Notes: generated by a model not told the origin, from the letters alone. Counted from the first letter of the stretch, positions 1 through 12,672 are shown. The stretch is DNA of 64,000 bases from Vitrella brassicaformis CCMP3155 (GCA_001179505.1 CDMY01000748.1:1-64000); one strand, 5' to 3'. Translations and numbers: made by a program.

Positions 1-134
1 ACGAAGGTCATGGTGCACGTCTCTCCCTCGGTGCTGCGGCGAAGGAGGACGGCGGCCATCGCACCGCGCTCATTGCAGATGATCACCACGATCAAGAGGA
101 CAGACCCTCCCAACAGAGACGGGAAGCGGGCCAT
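1..134 (-). CDS. 5' end of a putative secreted protein, runs off the window start
   Basis: Reverse strand ATG at 134 reads MARFPSLLGGSVLLIVVIICNERGAMAAVLLRRSTEGETCTMTF, a signal-peptide-like N-terminus; divergent from the kinase at 477. Confidence 0.5.
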   Translation of the reverse strand, partial: MARFPSLLGGSVLLIVVIICNERGAMAAVLLRRSTEGETCTMTF

Positions 135-476
135 GACTCACTGACACAATCGCTCTCAGGCTCGACGATAGGATGATTCGAGGGGATGATTGGGATGAAA
201 TGGGATTCGGGGAACTTCAAGAATGCCGGGGCGGCTCTTGACAGCCGAGGAACAAACAAATTGCGTAGCTCGCTGGGGGCCAAAGACCCCCATGCAGCCG
301 TCTCAGAAGAAAGGCAGCCTGAGGAGAACCAAAGCTGCCACCAGTCTGAGAGGGCCAGAGGTGTCGTGGAGGAGACTATTCGTCGACTCGGAGCAATCGC
401 TTTTCAGATCGGGCTCTGCCATTCGGCATGATCCTTGACTGAAGGACGGTGTCCGAGTCCTCCCCGCACCACCGTG

Positions 477-3400
477 ATGTTTAGTCGTCGTTTCTTTGGC
501 GGCTCTCCCACCTCGGATGGAAGGCCAGACGGCAGTCCCGTACAAGCGAGCCCCTACGCCGCAGCCAGCCGCGAGGACGACAAGCGGCAGGCCACGGACG
601 ATGACGCCGGCGAACTCCCCCCCCCTCCGCCCAAGAAGAGCATCTTTGGGTTTGCCCTCTCCAGCAAGAAGGACGACGAGGCGGCCGGGAGCGCGTGTGT
701 GGAGAACTGCTACCTGTATGAGTACGAGGACATCCGGCGGGCGACGGAGAACTGGAGCGACAAGTACAAGCTGGGGCAGGGGACGCACGGAACGGTCTAT
801 GCCGTCACGTTGAAGAGACAGAAGCTGGCGGTCAAACGACTCCTGGTAGACGATAGATCAGACAGCGCACAGACACAGAGAGGGCCACGTCTATCGTGCA
901 TGTGCTTGATGCAGATCCCTGACGAGGGCGGCTTTCTGCATGAGGTTCGTGTGTTGAACAAGCTGCGGCACGCGCACATAGTGGTGCTGATGGGGTGGGC
1001 GGGGAAGGGAAGCGAGAAGCTTCTCGTGTATGAGCTGCTGCCGGGAGGAGACGTCTCACGACTGCTCAGAGCACGAAATCGCACATTTCCATGGTGGGCA
1101 GAGCAGAGGACAGCATAGCGCCAGAAGCCCCCACATGCGTGTTTGTGTGGGTGCGTGTGCAGGTACCATCGTATAACGGTTGCAGTGGAGGCCGCATGTG
1201 GTTTGAATCACATGCACAATGCCAAGCCGAAGATTTTCCACCGAGACATCAAGTGTGCCAACATCATCCTGGATCGCTTCGGCCACGCCAAGCTCGCCGA
1301 CTTCGGCCTGGCGTGTCTCACCAAAGCCAAGAAGGACGAGGTTGTCGTGGCCAAAGCCGAAGGTCCGCCTGTGCCCAATGGCATCGCAACATGCCATCTG
1401 TTGACCCACGTTGCCTGTGTTGCAGGGACCCCCGGCTATGCGTGTCCGCACTACATCCGAACGAGGAAGGTGACGGACAAGACGGAGGTGTACGCCTTCG
1501 GGATGGTGCTGCTGGAGCTGCTCACCGCACGGCCGCCTGCGGTTCATGTCAACCCACAGGTGGGCTGACTTGACGTGTGGAGACAGGGGACCACGTTCAT
1601 TGCTGCATGGCTTGCGGCATGTGTGTATGGGTGTGTCCAGGGCGGTTTGGACTACCTTGTGCGTCACATCAACCCCAGTGATCCCCACAGCCTGCTGCCC
1701 CTTGTCGATCCAAGAGCCCACTTCCCCCCAGAGATCAAAGTCGGCATCGCTGAACTCGCTCTCAAGTGGGTGCCAGCTGGGAAATGATCAGACAAGAAAG
1801 AGGCCCAGGACTTATCGCGATCGGCCTGGTCTGTTCTGTTTTTCTCAGATGCATCAACCCGAACGATGCGAAGCGTCCGTCGAGCAACGAGATGTACTCA
1901 GAGCTGGAGCAGATGATCGAAGACTGGTGCAGGACACACCCACTCCTGGACTACGCCCTCAACCACGACCTCGCACTGCCATTCCCAACCGGTGCGCCCC
2001 CACACACACGAACACACAAGCGCATGTCTCTCCCATCTCCCCTTTCCCCTTGTTCAGAGGATCTCTCCAGCCTTGCTGAGCTGGTCCGCAGACGCACCAT
2101 CAGAAGCACAGACCAGCCGATCCCTGTGCACCCGTCGCTGCCCAGCCCTGTGTTGGTTGCCAGCGCCGACCTGTCCCCATCTATGGGCCGCAAGGGGTCG
2201 AATGTGAGCATCGGGCCAGGTGGCCCAGGGTTCCTAGTCGCCCCCATCGTCGCTGCAGGGGCGGGGGGTGGTGAGGGCCAGAAGGGTGGCGTCAAGGGGG
2301 GCATGAACCGACCGCCGACATCGGAAGAATCAAATGTCGAGGAAGGTATGGATGTGTCAGCGAAGTACCGGCCGACACAGAGACATCAAGGGCTTGTTTG
2401 AACATATATGTGTGTGCAGCGGTGAAGAGTGATGCGCTGGAGGAACCGGAGTCGCCTGAGCAAGCGTCTCGGGACCAGACTGTGCTCGAGGCTTCGCCCA
2501 ACGAGGCTCGATCGCGCGTTGCCGAGCCGCCCCGTTTCCCCCCTTACATGCCCCCCCAGATGCCCTTCCCCCATCCCCCAGTAATCGTGGCTCGCCGCCC
2601 ACCCATAGCCCAGGGCAAGTCGGTGCGCCGCATCAGCTCACACGGGGACGCTCTTAGGACCGACATTCACCGCGAGAGGAGCCAGTCGTTCGCTGAGGTG
2701 CCTCCTGCTGCGCCTGCTGCTGGTGTAGCCCCACCGGTGCCTCCCCTGCAGCAGCATCCCCCGTTCGTCGCTCCGCCCCCATTCGGGTTCATTGCTCCTC
2801 AGATGCGGCCACCGCTGCCGCCCCATCTCAACCACCCTGCCCTCTTCGCGGCCCGCGGACCTGCCGGCCCACCTCCTCCCCCCCACATCCACCAGAGCTT
2901 CAGCCCGCCCTTCCGGCCCTCGTTCCCACCAGCACAGCAGATGCCGCCGCACATGTACCGATCGGTGACGCCGGTCAAGCTTGAGGCGGCCGTCAACGCG
3001 CCCATCTGCGCGCCGGCGGGCGACAACGCCTCCTTCTCCTTTGAGGACGACAGGCGGCGGTCGTCTTTGGGCCCAATCTTGGCTCTGGGGTCTCTGTCTC
3101 ACATCGATTGTGCGGTGGCGCCATGCACCGGCAGTGAGAACGAGGGGGGCAGCGCGAGCAGTGCTAGTGCCGTTGCCAAGGAGGAGAGGGAGAGGGCAAG
3201 GGACGAGGCGCAGCAAGAGGAGGAGGCCATTGCAGATAGTCACGTGGTCGAGCGGGGAGGATCAGGATCGGCGGCGGCAAGTGATGGCATGGCGGAGGAG
3301 GCCTCGCTGATAGCAAAGGAAGAGACCGTGGACGGCGGCGCGCCAAGTGAGAGCGGGAGGATCGACACCAGTGACGAGCAGCAACCGTCAGACAATCCAG

Positions 3401-5715
3401 AGGAGGAGCTGGCGGACAAAAACACTACGACGGAGGGCAAGGGAGGGAGCGGTGGTCCAGCAGCCGACATCGGTGGGGAGGGCACTCACACTGCCACAGC
3501 GATGGAGGAGACCGCCACCTCTGAGGATCGGTACCACGACGCCAGTCCGGACAAGAAGGAGCTGCAGCCGACACACACTGACACAGACGACCTCGAGGCC
3601 GGCACCGGCAGCTGCCTAACCGAGAATAATAACAACAACAAGAAGGAGCAGGACCAGGACCAGGACCAGGAACGGGTGCCGGAGGGGGAGGGTGGATTGG
3701 CGGATGCAGAGAATGCGTTCGTGTTGGAGTTTTGCGGCGAGCATTTGGCTGAGGTGAGTGAGGAGGGGCGTCGGTATGGCGGCGGGCGGCTGGTGGTGCG
3801 GGCAGACGGGGGCATGGAGGGGCCGCCACCCGAGGTCCTCGGCCGACTGCACTCACACTTCAGGTGCGTGTGTGTGCCATCTGTCTGATCGGTTCCTGCC
3901 TGTCTCTCAAGATTGCGTCTTCTCTTTCTGTTCTCTCAGAATCCATTTCGAGAATCTGGGCTCTGACGAGATCTACACATGTAAACAGGAGACAGAAGAA
4001 GGACAAGGAATGCGGTGATTCGTCTCATTGATGTCTGTGATCTGTTGCGTACGTCAGGCGTCAGTCGCCACCATTGCCGTATCGACTTCTTCCCTCTGCC
4101 GGCATTGGCCGATCGGACGGACAAGGAGGCAGTGAAGCCCGCATTCGGATTCCTGCTGACCAACCTGAGTAGGCAGAAAGAATGGACGAATGCTCTTGAC
4201 AGACATGCCAACCATGTGTGTGTCTCCCATCCACCCACCGTGTGCAGGCGTGAACAACTCCTACTTGAACGGGCTGAAGCTCAAGCGCAACCAGAAGGCC
4301 TGGCTGCAGCCCAACGACATTATCGCACTCATCCTCTCCGACCCGCCCTTCCTCGACAACGACCCGCGCCAGCTCAACATCATGATGGGCTTCACCTTCA
4401 ACATCCCGACATCCCTTTTACCATATGTCCCAACTGACCCCGCCGCATACCCCAATGTGCCCATCGAGCTGCCCGGCGTCGAGAATGGCACGAAGCGCAG
4501 CATCCATGTGCCACCGCCGCCGCTCCGGGCGGTCCCTTTGCCTGCGCCTCCTCCTCCCCGGCCACCTGACGTTGGACAGGGGCAGAGGAGAATGATGGAC
4601 AAGAAGCAGACAGACGATTTGAGTGACCGTTTCCCGCTGCAGCTGTCTAATGCGTCCAACGGCATCGCCGGACCGCCCCCCAAGAAGCTCTCGGCCAAAC
4701 GGCGCGTTATCGGCAAGAAAGAGGAGGAGACCAACACCAACTCCAATCCCAGCTCCAATAGCAACACTTCCTCTGCTATCGTGTCGAAGCCCATAAGCGC
4801 GTTGAAGCTTCGTCTGGGACCAGGCGGCGGGATTGGGAGTGCAGAGAGCGTTGCTGTGGGTGTGGGTGTGAGTGCTGTTGAGGAGGGCAGACGGCTGGCG
4901 TCTTCGTTCAAGGAGCGCTATGTGCCGCGCAAGACGGGTGGGCTGCAGAAGAGCGTGACGACCGGCGATCGGGATCGAGACACCAAGGGCAGAGAGATTG
5001 CCAAGGGCAACGGGAGTGGGCCCGGCAGTGGGCTGAGCAAGGTGGCTGCGGCCATCGCCAGCCAGCAGCAGTCTCCCAAGGGGCCGCCGGGACAGCTGCA
5101 GCAGCCACATCTCAAAGTAAGGAGGAGAGAAGACCGTCGCAGGGCAGGCAAGCAGTGGGATTGTGTTGTGTCTCTGACTGACACTGATTGCAGCGTCTGC
5201 CGACAGGCCCGTCGGTGTGCAAGCGGATGGTGCCTGCAGCCCAGCAGCCACCCCAGTACAGACAGCCGCCAGCCGTCCAAGCCGCCCCCAAAGAGGCACT
5301 GACCAAGAAAGTGACAGCCCCCGCCCCCTCTACTGACAGCAGCTACGCCCCAGTAGGCATGGGCGTGCCAGTGCTGCCGCCTCATTATCATGGCTTCCCC
5401 TTCCACCCGATCCCCATGCCGCCCCCGGGGTTTCACCATCTGAATGAGGATATGGACCTCACGCGGCGGTCTGTCGGCCCACCACCGCCGCCACCGCCAC
5501 CGCTGCCGCAGAGCAGCCAGTCGTTCTACATGAGCAGCAGCACGGCACACACGGCCACCAATGTGACAGGGGCTGTGCACCCGCACATGCCAGTGCTGCT
5601 GGGGGACTATCGTGTTGTGATGCACCCACACCACCCCCACCACCACCACCTGCAGCAGCAGCAGCAGCCGGGGTCTTCGCACTTGCCATCGCAGTACCAC
5701 GCCCACCATGGCTGA
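477..5715 (+). CDS. IRAK/Pelle (RLK-like, TKL group) Ser/Thr kinase with a C-terminal FHA domain; multi-exon
   Basis: Kinase motifs LGQGTHGTVY, LAVKRL, LVYE, HRDIKCANI, DFG, GTPGY, EVYAFGMVLLELLT, RCINP..KRP. Phase-compatible GT-AG joins (e.g. GAA G|gtatgg..tgcag|CG GTG near 2345/2419) link Pro-rich and acidic exons to an FHA domain (VLGR..CVSRHH..LTNLSVNNSYLNG..LQPNDII) and a Pro/His/Gln tail ending at 5715. Confidence 0.8.
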
Positions 5716-5766
5716 GGGGTGGGTGTGCTGCACCAGGCAGAGATAAGCGCGGCACACCATCATTTG

Positions 5767-5800
<34 letters not shown>

Positions 5801-6327
5801 CGTGTGTGCGGACTGGTTGACGATTGAGAGGAGGCTGGTGGAGGCTGCATACGGATGGCTGGGTTGTTGTTCCGTTATGGATACAGTGTGTGAGTGGGGT
5901 GTTTTCGAAGACCGATGGGAATGAGACCAGATCACAATTTCATGACCGTGATGCAGTCATCGAACGAATTGATGAGCGGGATACCGGCCACACCCTCACA
6001 ACCCACCCACAGCACTGATCATTCCATCCGTCCACCATTGTCATGAAGATGTCATTCATATATGTCTGTGTACCACTAATGCCTGTCTCTGTGTGTGCAC
6101 GCAAATTGCGTTCTCCGTCCCATCGTCAACACACACGCTATGCCCCCCTTTGTCCTGCCTCGTTCTCCTCTCTCCCATCAATCGCACTTGGCCAGACAGA
6201 CAGGCAGCAGCACCCAGCTGTAGATCTCTCAGATTGAAGAGAGGAAACTTTCTCACCGCCAGCCACCACTTAGACAAATGCCGACAGCACACGCAGGCCT
6301 TCCATTCCCCCTGTTAGTCCCTCCCTA

Positions 6328-7250
6328 CTACCTCCCCAGTTCGGTGTCCTTGTCTGTCTCAGCCTCCATGATCATCTCGTAAGGCGCATACCCCGGCTGC
6401 ACGCCGGGCAGCTTGTAATACTTGAAGTGGTCGACGTACATGACCTCGGGCTCCCCGCCGGGGGGCAGCGTCACTTCCTCGGCCGTCGTGTCGGTCACCT
6501 GGCTCGTCAGAAAGGTGTACTGCCTTCGCAGCTCATTGGCACTGAACTTGCTGCTCAGGTCAAACTTGCGCACTGGGAAGCCGTCGAGATAGAAGAAGGC
6601 CTGCAGACACGCACACGGACACGGACACACACACAGACGATTGCTGTCATATAAGAGCTCGTTCTTGGCTGCAGCCAGCAGCGGACCACTTGAGGCGTGT
6701 AGAGCATGCCGTAGGTGTGCCAGTCGGCGGGGTTGAATTCCTCTGCCTCCCTCATCATTGTACTGTTCATGCCGGGCACCATCTGCTCGGGGTCGCCCTC
6801 CCACTGTGCCTTCTTCTCGACCTCCTCCTGCGTGAAGGACCTCGACAGCCGCATGACCTCGTAGGACAGACAAGAGTCGTAGTCGCGGGGCTGCTGCAGC
6901 TCGAGGCGGCTCTTGCCCACGATCTCATAGGGCCTCGGGCTCCATCTGCAGGCAGGCAGGCAGTCAGTCAATCGATGGACGGATGCATGGGCAAACGAAC
7001 GAACGACACCACACACGTGTGCCGCCACCGCACCTCCAGATGGTAATCTCGATGTACTCGTGGCCGCCTATGTACTCCACGATGTCATGCTCCTGCCGAG
7101 GACCAGGCACAGGGCTGCTTCGTGGGCATCCCATCCACGACAGACAGACAAGCACGTCAGTCAGTCTGGGGGGCCCAGCAGCTTCCCTGTTCGTTCGTTC
7201 ACCTGACAGAATTGGGCGAGGCGTTGAGCCAGAAGGCTTGCCTGTTGATC

Positions 7251-7281
<31 letters not shown>

Positions 7282-7807
7282 TTACTTCCCTCAATGAGCA
7301 GCCGTCATGCCGTACCAGAATCCCCCCGATGACGTGAACTTGACCCGTGCCTCGTAGTAGCCAAATCCCATCGACTCCTTGGTCACAACCCCCCCCACGT
7401 CAAACTCTATGTGCTTGCCGTCTTTCTCGTACGGCTGCTCCCGGTGCGTCATCCTGAGATGGAGCTGCCCGTCCTGCACCCACACTTGATCCGGCGTCCG
7501 GCAGGCCGCCCTAGGGCACTCGTCAAGCAGTGTCCATCGGCCGTGGATGTCGGCAAGCGAACCCTCAAATTGCTCGTCGAAGGCCAGGGGGAGCTCGCCG
7601 GTGGCTGCACAACACGGGCAGACACAGACAAGGATCAAGGAATTCGCCTGTGTGCCTGGCTGTCTGCCTGTCTGCCTGTCTGTCTGTCCTTCGTGTGCTG
7701 TGTGTCCGCATACGATTGCAGATGAGCTTTTGCGAGATGTCTTGCGCTTTACAGAGAGCTATCAGCAGCAGCAGCAGCAGCAGTAGCAGGCCGCCAAACA
7801 GGTGCAT
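6328..7807 (-). CDS. Secreted glycoside hydrolase family 16 (beta-bulge ExDxxE type; beta-glucanase/galactanase-like)
   Basis: Signal peptide MHLFGGLLLLLLLLLIALCKA; FDEQFEG, GFGYYEARVKF, spliced GGFWQAFWL, catalytic QEHDIVEY, DWHTYGMLYT, FYLDG, MYVDHFKYY; stop at 6328. Confidence 0.85.
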
Positions 7808-7875
7808 TTCGAGATCCGCCAACCGTCAAAAGCTGTACAGTGTGTGCGGCCGGGTGGCCAGGAACGGCTACCGGC

Positions 7876-8545
7876 ATGGCATTAATGTATGCCCTTCTTG
7901 CTGCATGCGGCCTTTTCGTCGCCCGTGCGCAGAACTGGTCGGCGGAAGACTTCATCCCTCAGAGAAGCCTGCAGTCCACCAACATGGGGCGGTTCCACAA
8001 CGCCACTGGCCTGCCCGAGGGCAGCAAAATCCACCTCCGCCTCCACCTTATGGCAGAGTCGCTCGAGGAGATGCTGCCCGAGATTGAGGACGGCTACCAG
8101 ATCGTCATGTACAAGCGGGCAGGGCGGATGGCGATGTCGGCGGTGCCGATGGGCTTGGCTAGGGCTGCGGGTGTGGGTGGGGGGGCAGAGGACAAAGTGC
8201 CCTCGCGAAGGAGAAGGAAGCCGATTATCGCCGACAAGACCACCCGGCCGCCACCTGATGGTGACGACACTCCGACTGATGACGACCCGAAGGACCTCGA
8301 AGACTGCCCTGGTCAGTCTGCCGATGATGCATAGAGGCTCGTCTGTGACATCACTGTGTGGAGTGCGAATCGCTGTTGCCATGCAGACGAGGTGTCTGGG
8401 AATGTGAAGTTGGACCTGCCGGTGCCCGACAATCTGCTCAACATTTCGTATTATCTGCCCGCCATCGACCTGCCGAAGGAAACAGCGCCGCTCCTCGGTC
8501 AGTAGCACGCCTGCTTGCCGCTCCCGCCTCCCCGATTGAGTGCTG

Positions 8546-8580
<35 letters not shown>

Positions 8581-9102
8581 CTACACACATGCAGTGGTGG
8601 GCCTGGACGTGACGAAGGGCAATGCCGACCTCATTGTGGCCACCGACACCGGCCTGGCGAGTTTCGCTTTCGGTGACCCTGCCGAGAAGCAACAGTACGA
8701 GGTCTGCGAGACAAGAGAAAGACGCTTGCCTGCCTGCATGGCCAGCACCTGAGGTCGCTTGTGTGTGTGCGCCCATGGCAGACGACCATCGTTGTCGACA
8801 CGGATGGCGTCAAGGAGGTGTACGTTCAGGTCAGGGAGGGAGGGAGGGAGCAAAGCAGAGATGCAGGTGCCGTATCTGTGTGTGTGTGTGTGTTGCGATG
8901 GATTCAGGTGTTGTGCTACAGCCTGTACCCCTACAACACGCCCCCCGTGCCGTGCAAGGCCGAGCTGATATGGTTCGAGCACACAGGCGAGTGTCTGCCG
9001 CCCACCGATGAGGTGGTGGGGGTCGACACCGCCGTCGATGAGACGCTCGTGACGACCGTCCCACGGTACCCAGGGTACTACGCTGCTCCGCAGCACTCCT
9101 AG
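7876..9102 (+). CDS. Secreted protein of unknown function, multi-exon
   Basis: Signal peptide MALMYALLAACGLFVARA followed by QRSLQS; exon blocks between (GT)n introns (VGLDVTKGNADLIVATD, TIVVDTDGVKEVYVQ, VLCYSLYPYNTPPVPCKAELIWFEHTGEC). Confidence 0.65.
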
Positions 9103-9832
9103 CCATGCTGCCCACAACCCTGCCTGCATCGATTTGTCGCCCGGATACACCAGCAACGTGGCGGTGGGTGCTGGTTTTTGTGTGAGTGTGTCTGATGGAT
9201 GTCTCAACCCACTGTGCTGTGCTGTGTTTCTCTGAGTGTGTGTTCGTGTCGTGTGTGTCATTTTCGTCATATATGAGGTTTGCGTGATTGAGTGAGCTCG
9301 GGTCTGATCAAAAAGGTCAGCCAGGCCGGGCCGTTCTATTAAGGGCTGGGATGGTCGGCGTTTTCCATCAAGGGCCGGCGGGCCGGCAGTGCTGTGCTGT
9401 GGTGTGTGTCTGCCAGTGATGGGCAAAGGCTGACTGGACTCCATCCACAGTCAGTGGCGTCAAGACTCTATTCGCTTCGTTGATCTCTTCAAAACCACCC
9501 CACTCACACACTGTCCCCATGATGGAACGACCCATCCATGACACCGTCCAATCAACACACACACACACACACACACACAGAAATGGTCTGCAGTGGATAA
9601 GGCCAGTGGGTACAGACAGAGACGGCAACAAGTGCAGCCAGCCCACAGAGTGGACCACCCCAGTCCATCCGCATCGCTCGAGTCCTTCTCAGAGAATGCC
9701 CACTAGTCTGAGCTCAACGTGACCCTCTCGCTTCGGCAGCAACGCCCACACTCATCGGCTCTCTTCAGCTGTCTTGCCATTGAACGAATCGCCCCATCAA
9801 ATAAGGCCGTACTCGATGGTCGTTGCCAGTTC

Positions 9833-10674
9833 CTAATACCACTTCACACGTAATTGGGCGGGCCCCTGAACGAGGTTGCTGCACTCGTGGCCAAGCTTGT
9901 CGAGGTCGTAGCCCGGCGGGCACTTCTTCACCTGAAGCACGGGAAGAGACCAGCAAGCACAACACAGACGAGTCAGCTGCCCCTGTGTGTGTCCGTTCGG
10001 TGCCTAAGTACCTACCATTACTGCCCTCTTGGTGTCGAGGCACTCCTTGCCGACCAGTTGTGAGCCGCCGGGGCATTTGTATTGCACGGGGAAGTTCTCA
10101 CGTTCGGTGCAGACGGCATCCTTGTCCGGCGAGGCTGAGGGACACGACCAACGGACACAACGAGCGAACGTATCGTCGTCTGCAACATGGCTTCGTGTGG
10201 TGAGGTGAGAGCTCACTCTTGTTGTCAGGGCAGCACGCCTCGGTGCCTGTCTTGGGGCAGCCAGGGCAGTAGGGCGTCGCGGGCGTCATGTGGTGTTTCA
10301 CGTAGAAGTGGTTGCTGACGGTGTAGCCCTTCGGGCAGTAGCTGCACACACAATCGACACATGCGCAGCACACATACGCAGCACACACACAGACACACAT
10401 GCAGGTGGACGCCTCAGGGTACGTCTGGGGGTGGGTGGCTTACGTCTGGGGCTTGACTTTCTCGATTCTGCAGCAGATGTTCTCATGACAGAGGTGGTAG
10501 CCCTCCGGGCACTTCGGTTTGGCCTTGGTCTGCCGTGGTTGCCACATTTCGCCATGGCTGCGATGCTCCCTGGCACCGCCGTTGATGACGAAGCCCACTC
10601 CGATCATCAGGAGGCCCACACACACGGCAGCCAGCAGCCACCAACGCCCCTTCAGCCATCCCCATGAGGACGAA
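9833..10674 (-). CDS. TM segment plus Cys-rich CPxGY repeats resembling oocyst wall protein (COWP/OWP-type); 3' part of the BTB-FKBP gene or a separate gene
   Basis: Phase-consistent exons give WWLLAAVCVGLLMIGVGFVI, then KCPEGYHLC, YCPKGY, YKCPGGSQLVGKECL, KKCPPGYDLDKLGHEC; the 3' end is approximate. Confidence 0.65.
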
Positions 10675-10758
10675 CTGACCAGGGAGGGAGGGAGGGAGGG
10701 AGGGCGGTAACACCACACACATTGAACCATCGGCCAATTAGCGGTGGTGCTCGTTGTC

Positions 10759-12509
10759 TTACCTCTTGTCGGGTGTTGTGGCGCCGTCAATGCCGTCAAT
10801 GCCGATCAGCCGATACTCAAGAAAAATGGGTTCCCTCCGCGAGACTTGTGGCGGAACCATGACCCGCCGCACCTCACCCACACGCATATCGATGTGGACC
10901 TCCTGGGCCCACCAAGCCAGCTCCGAGACCACTGTACTTCTTTGTCCCTCATTGTCTATTTCGCCGTCAAATGCGTCCCGCCAGGCGATCCGGTGGTACG
11001 TGATTCGCTGTGTACGTGTCGGCTTGGGCCCCCTACCCTCGCGCAGTACGCGATACATCATGCTCGACGCAATCGGGTGAAATACCTGCAGCATGACAGA
11101 CAGACAGACATGTGGCGAGAACACCAAACCCTTTTGCACCAAACCCTTTTTGTGGGCACCCTCTCTGTGTGCCAAGCGTGTCGTCAACAGTCTTGACGCC
11201 GTACATGGCGGCATTAATTTCGAATGCCTCCTGCTCTGTCGCACTGGCCATCTTCAGCGGCGCGGCGATCTCATCGGGCGAGGCACCAAGCCGTCTACGG
11301 CGATAGTGGTCGACCATACGGCTGACATGCTCGGGCGGGACGTCCTCCACTGGCCGAGACCACCTGCACAGACACTCACGGGGCGAGCAGCCGTCAATCG
11401 TGGTGTGTCTACTGCTCTTGAAGGCCTACATGTTCAATCGGTTCCGCAGGTTGTCATTCATGTGGTCGACGGTCGACTGTGTGGTGGCGATGGTGTGGCC
11501 GCAGACCTTCACTGAGTGAATGGGGTCGTCGCCACTCAGAGGCATCAGGAAAGGTGTGACAGCCTGTTGGTTCACACACACACACACACACACACAGAGA
11601 GAGAGAAAGAGAGAGAGAGACAAAGAGGGCGCAAGAGATGGATCGCTGGCTCCCTCTTTCGCCCCCATTGTTTCATCTCACCTTGATTTCGTTGTCGAGG
11701 TTCTCATATCGTCGTTTGACCGCCGCGAGCTCGCTCTCCAGCTGGGCCTTCTCAGCAACAAACGCCTTGACAAAAGAGCCGACCGCCGTCATGAAGTCAC
11801 CCAGGCCCTCAGGGGTGCCTGTTGCCGGCACCGTCGGCTCAGTGACCTCACTGTGAGTCGCCTCTGCTGCTGCAGCATCCTTGTCGATTGGCGACAGCAT
11901 CAGCTTGACCCAGTAGTCATGAAGCCCTGCACGTGTTCGTCCACACCAGAAGCCAGCCATTCGCACCATGGTGATCTATCCACGGCGGCCCTTCCCCTCT
12001 CTCCATCTTCACTCACCAGCGAAGTTTCGCTCTTTGGCTTCCTCGAAAAGGTGGCTGATAGACACCTGCCTACTGGCCGTGCGCGCCGTCGCGCTACGGA
12101 TGGTCTCCGCATCCAAGATGGCCCTGTGGATGAGCTTGAAGGCATCAGCGTCCATGTCAATGAACATCCGCTCCTTGCTGTCCCTGTCGGTGAGCTTGAT
12201 GAGCCTCCCGTCCCAGCTCCCAGAGAAGATAGTGGCCAGCAGGGTGCCCTCGACCCCCTCTCCATGTGTGAGCCGTCGGCGCTTGACACTCAGCTCGTAG
12301 CCGCCGATGTTGAGCAGCAGGACGTCGTCAGGGGAGGCATTCGCCGCATCCGATGCGCCATGTTTCTGCCGCTCTTGCTGCAGGTCGGCCTCAGCCTGTT
12401 GAACCTGTTGGTGAAGGGAGCCGATAGCGTCACTGGCGGCGGCTGCTGACGCGTTGAAGTGGTTGAGAATCGAGGTCACGCTGAATCTCTCCGCTGCCAG
12501 GTCAGCCAT
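10759..12509 (-). CDS. BTB/POZ (KCTD-like) protein with coiled coil, a second BTB-like segment and an FKBP-like domain
   Basis: DVLLLNIGGYELSVKRRRL..LATIFSGSWD..MFIDMDADAFKLI (BTB); IHSVKVCGHTIATT (BTB-like); YRVLREGRGPKPT..DMRVGEVRRVMVPP..LEYRLIGID (FKBP-like pattern). Confidence 0.75.
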
Positions 12510-12672
12510 CTTGGGTGTAAGCCACGAAACGCCGACTGCATCAAAGGCGTTGCACACATAGATGTGCGTGCGTCGATGGACAGATCTCTCTCTTTTCCCT
12601 TGTTTGTGGCACCTCCTCACCCGCCTGATCTGCTCAAGAAGCCCTCCGCAGCGTCGCTCCTTCCCAATCACT

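Noticed and set aside
9103-9830. Possible extra exon (TVSWMGRS..FAHHWQ) extending the Cys-rich gene
   Set aside because: No phase-compatible acceptor or donor was found; treated as UTR/intergenic.
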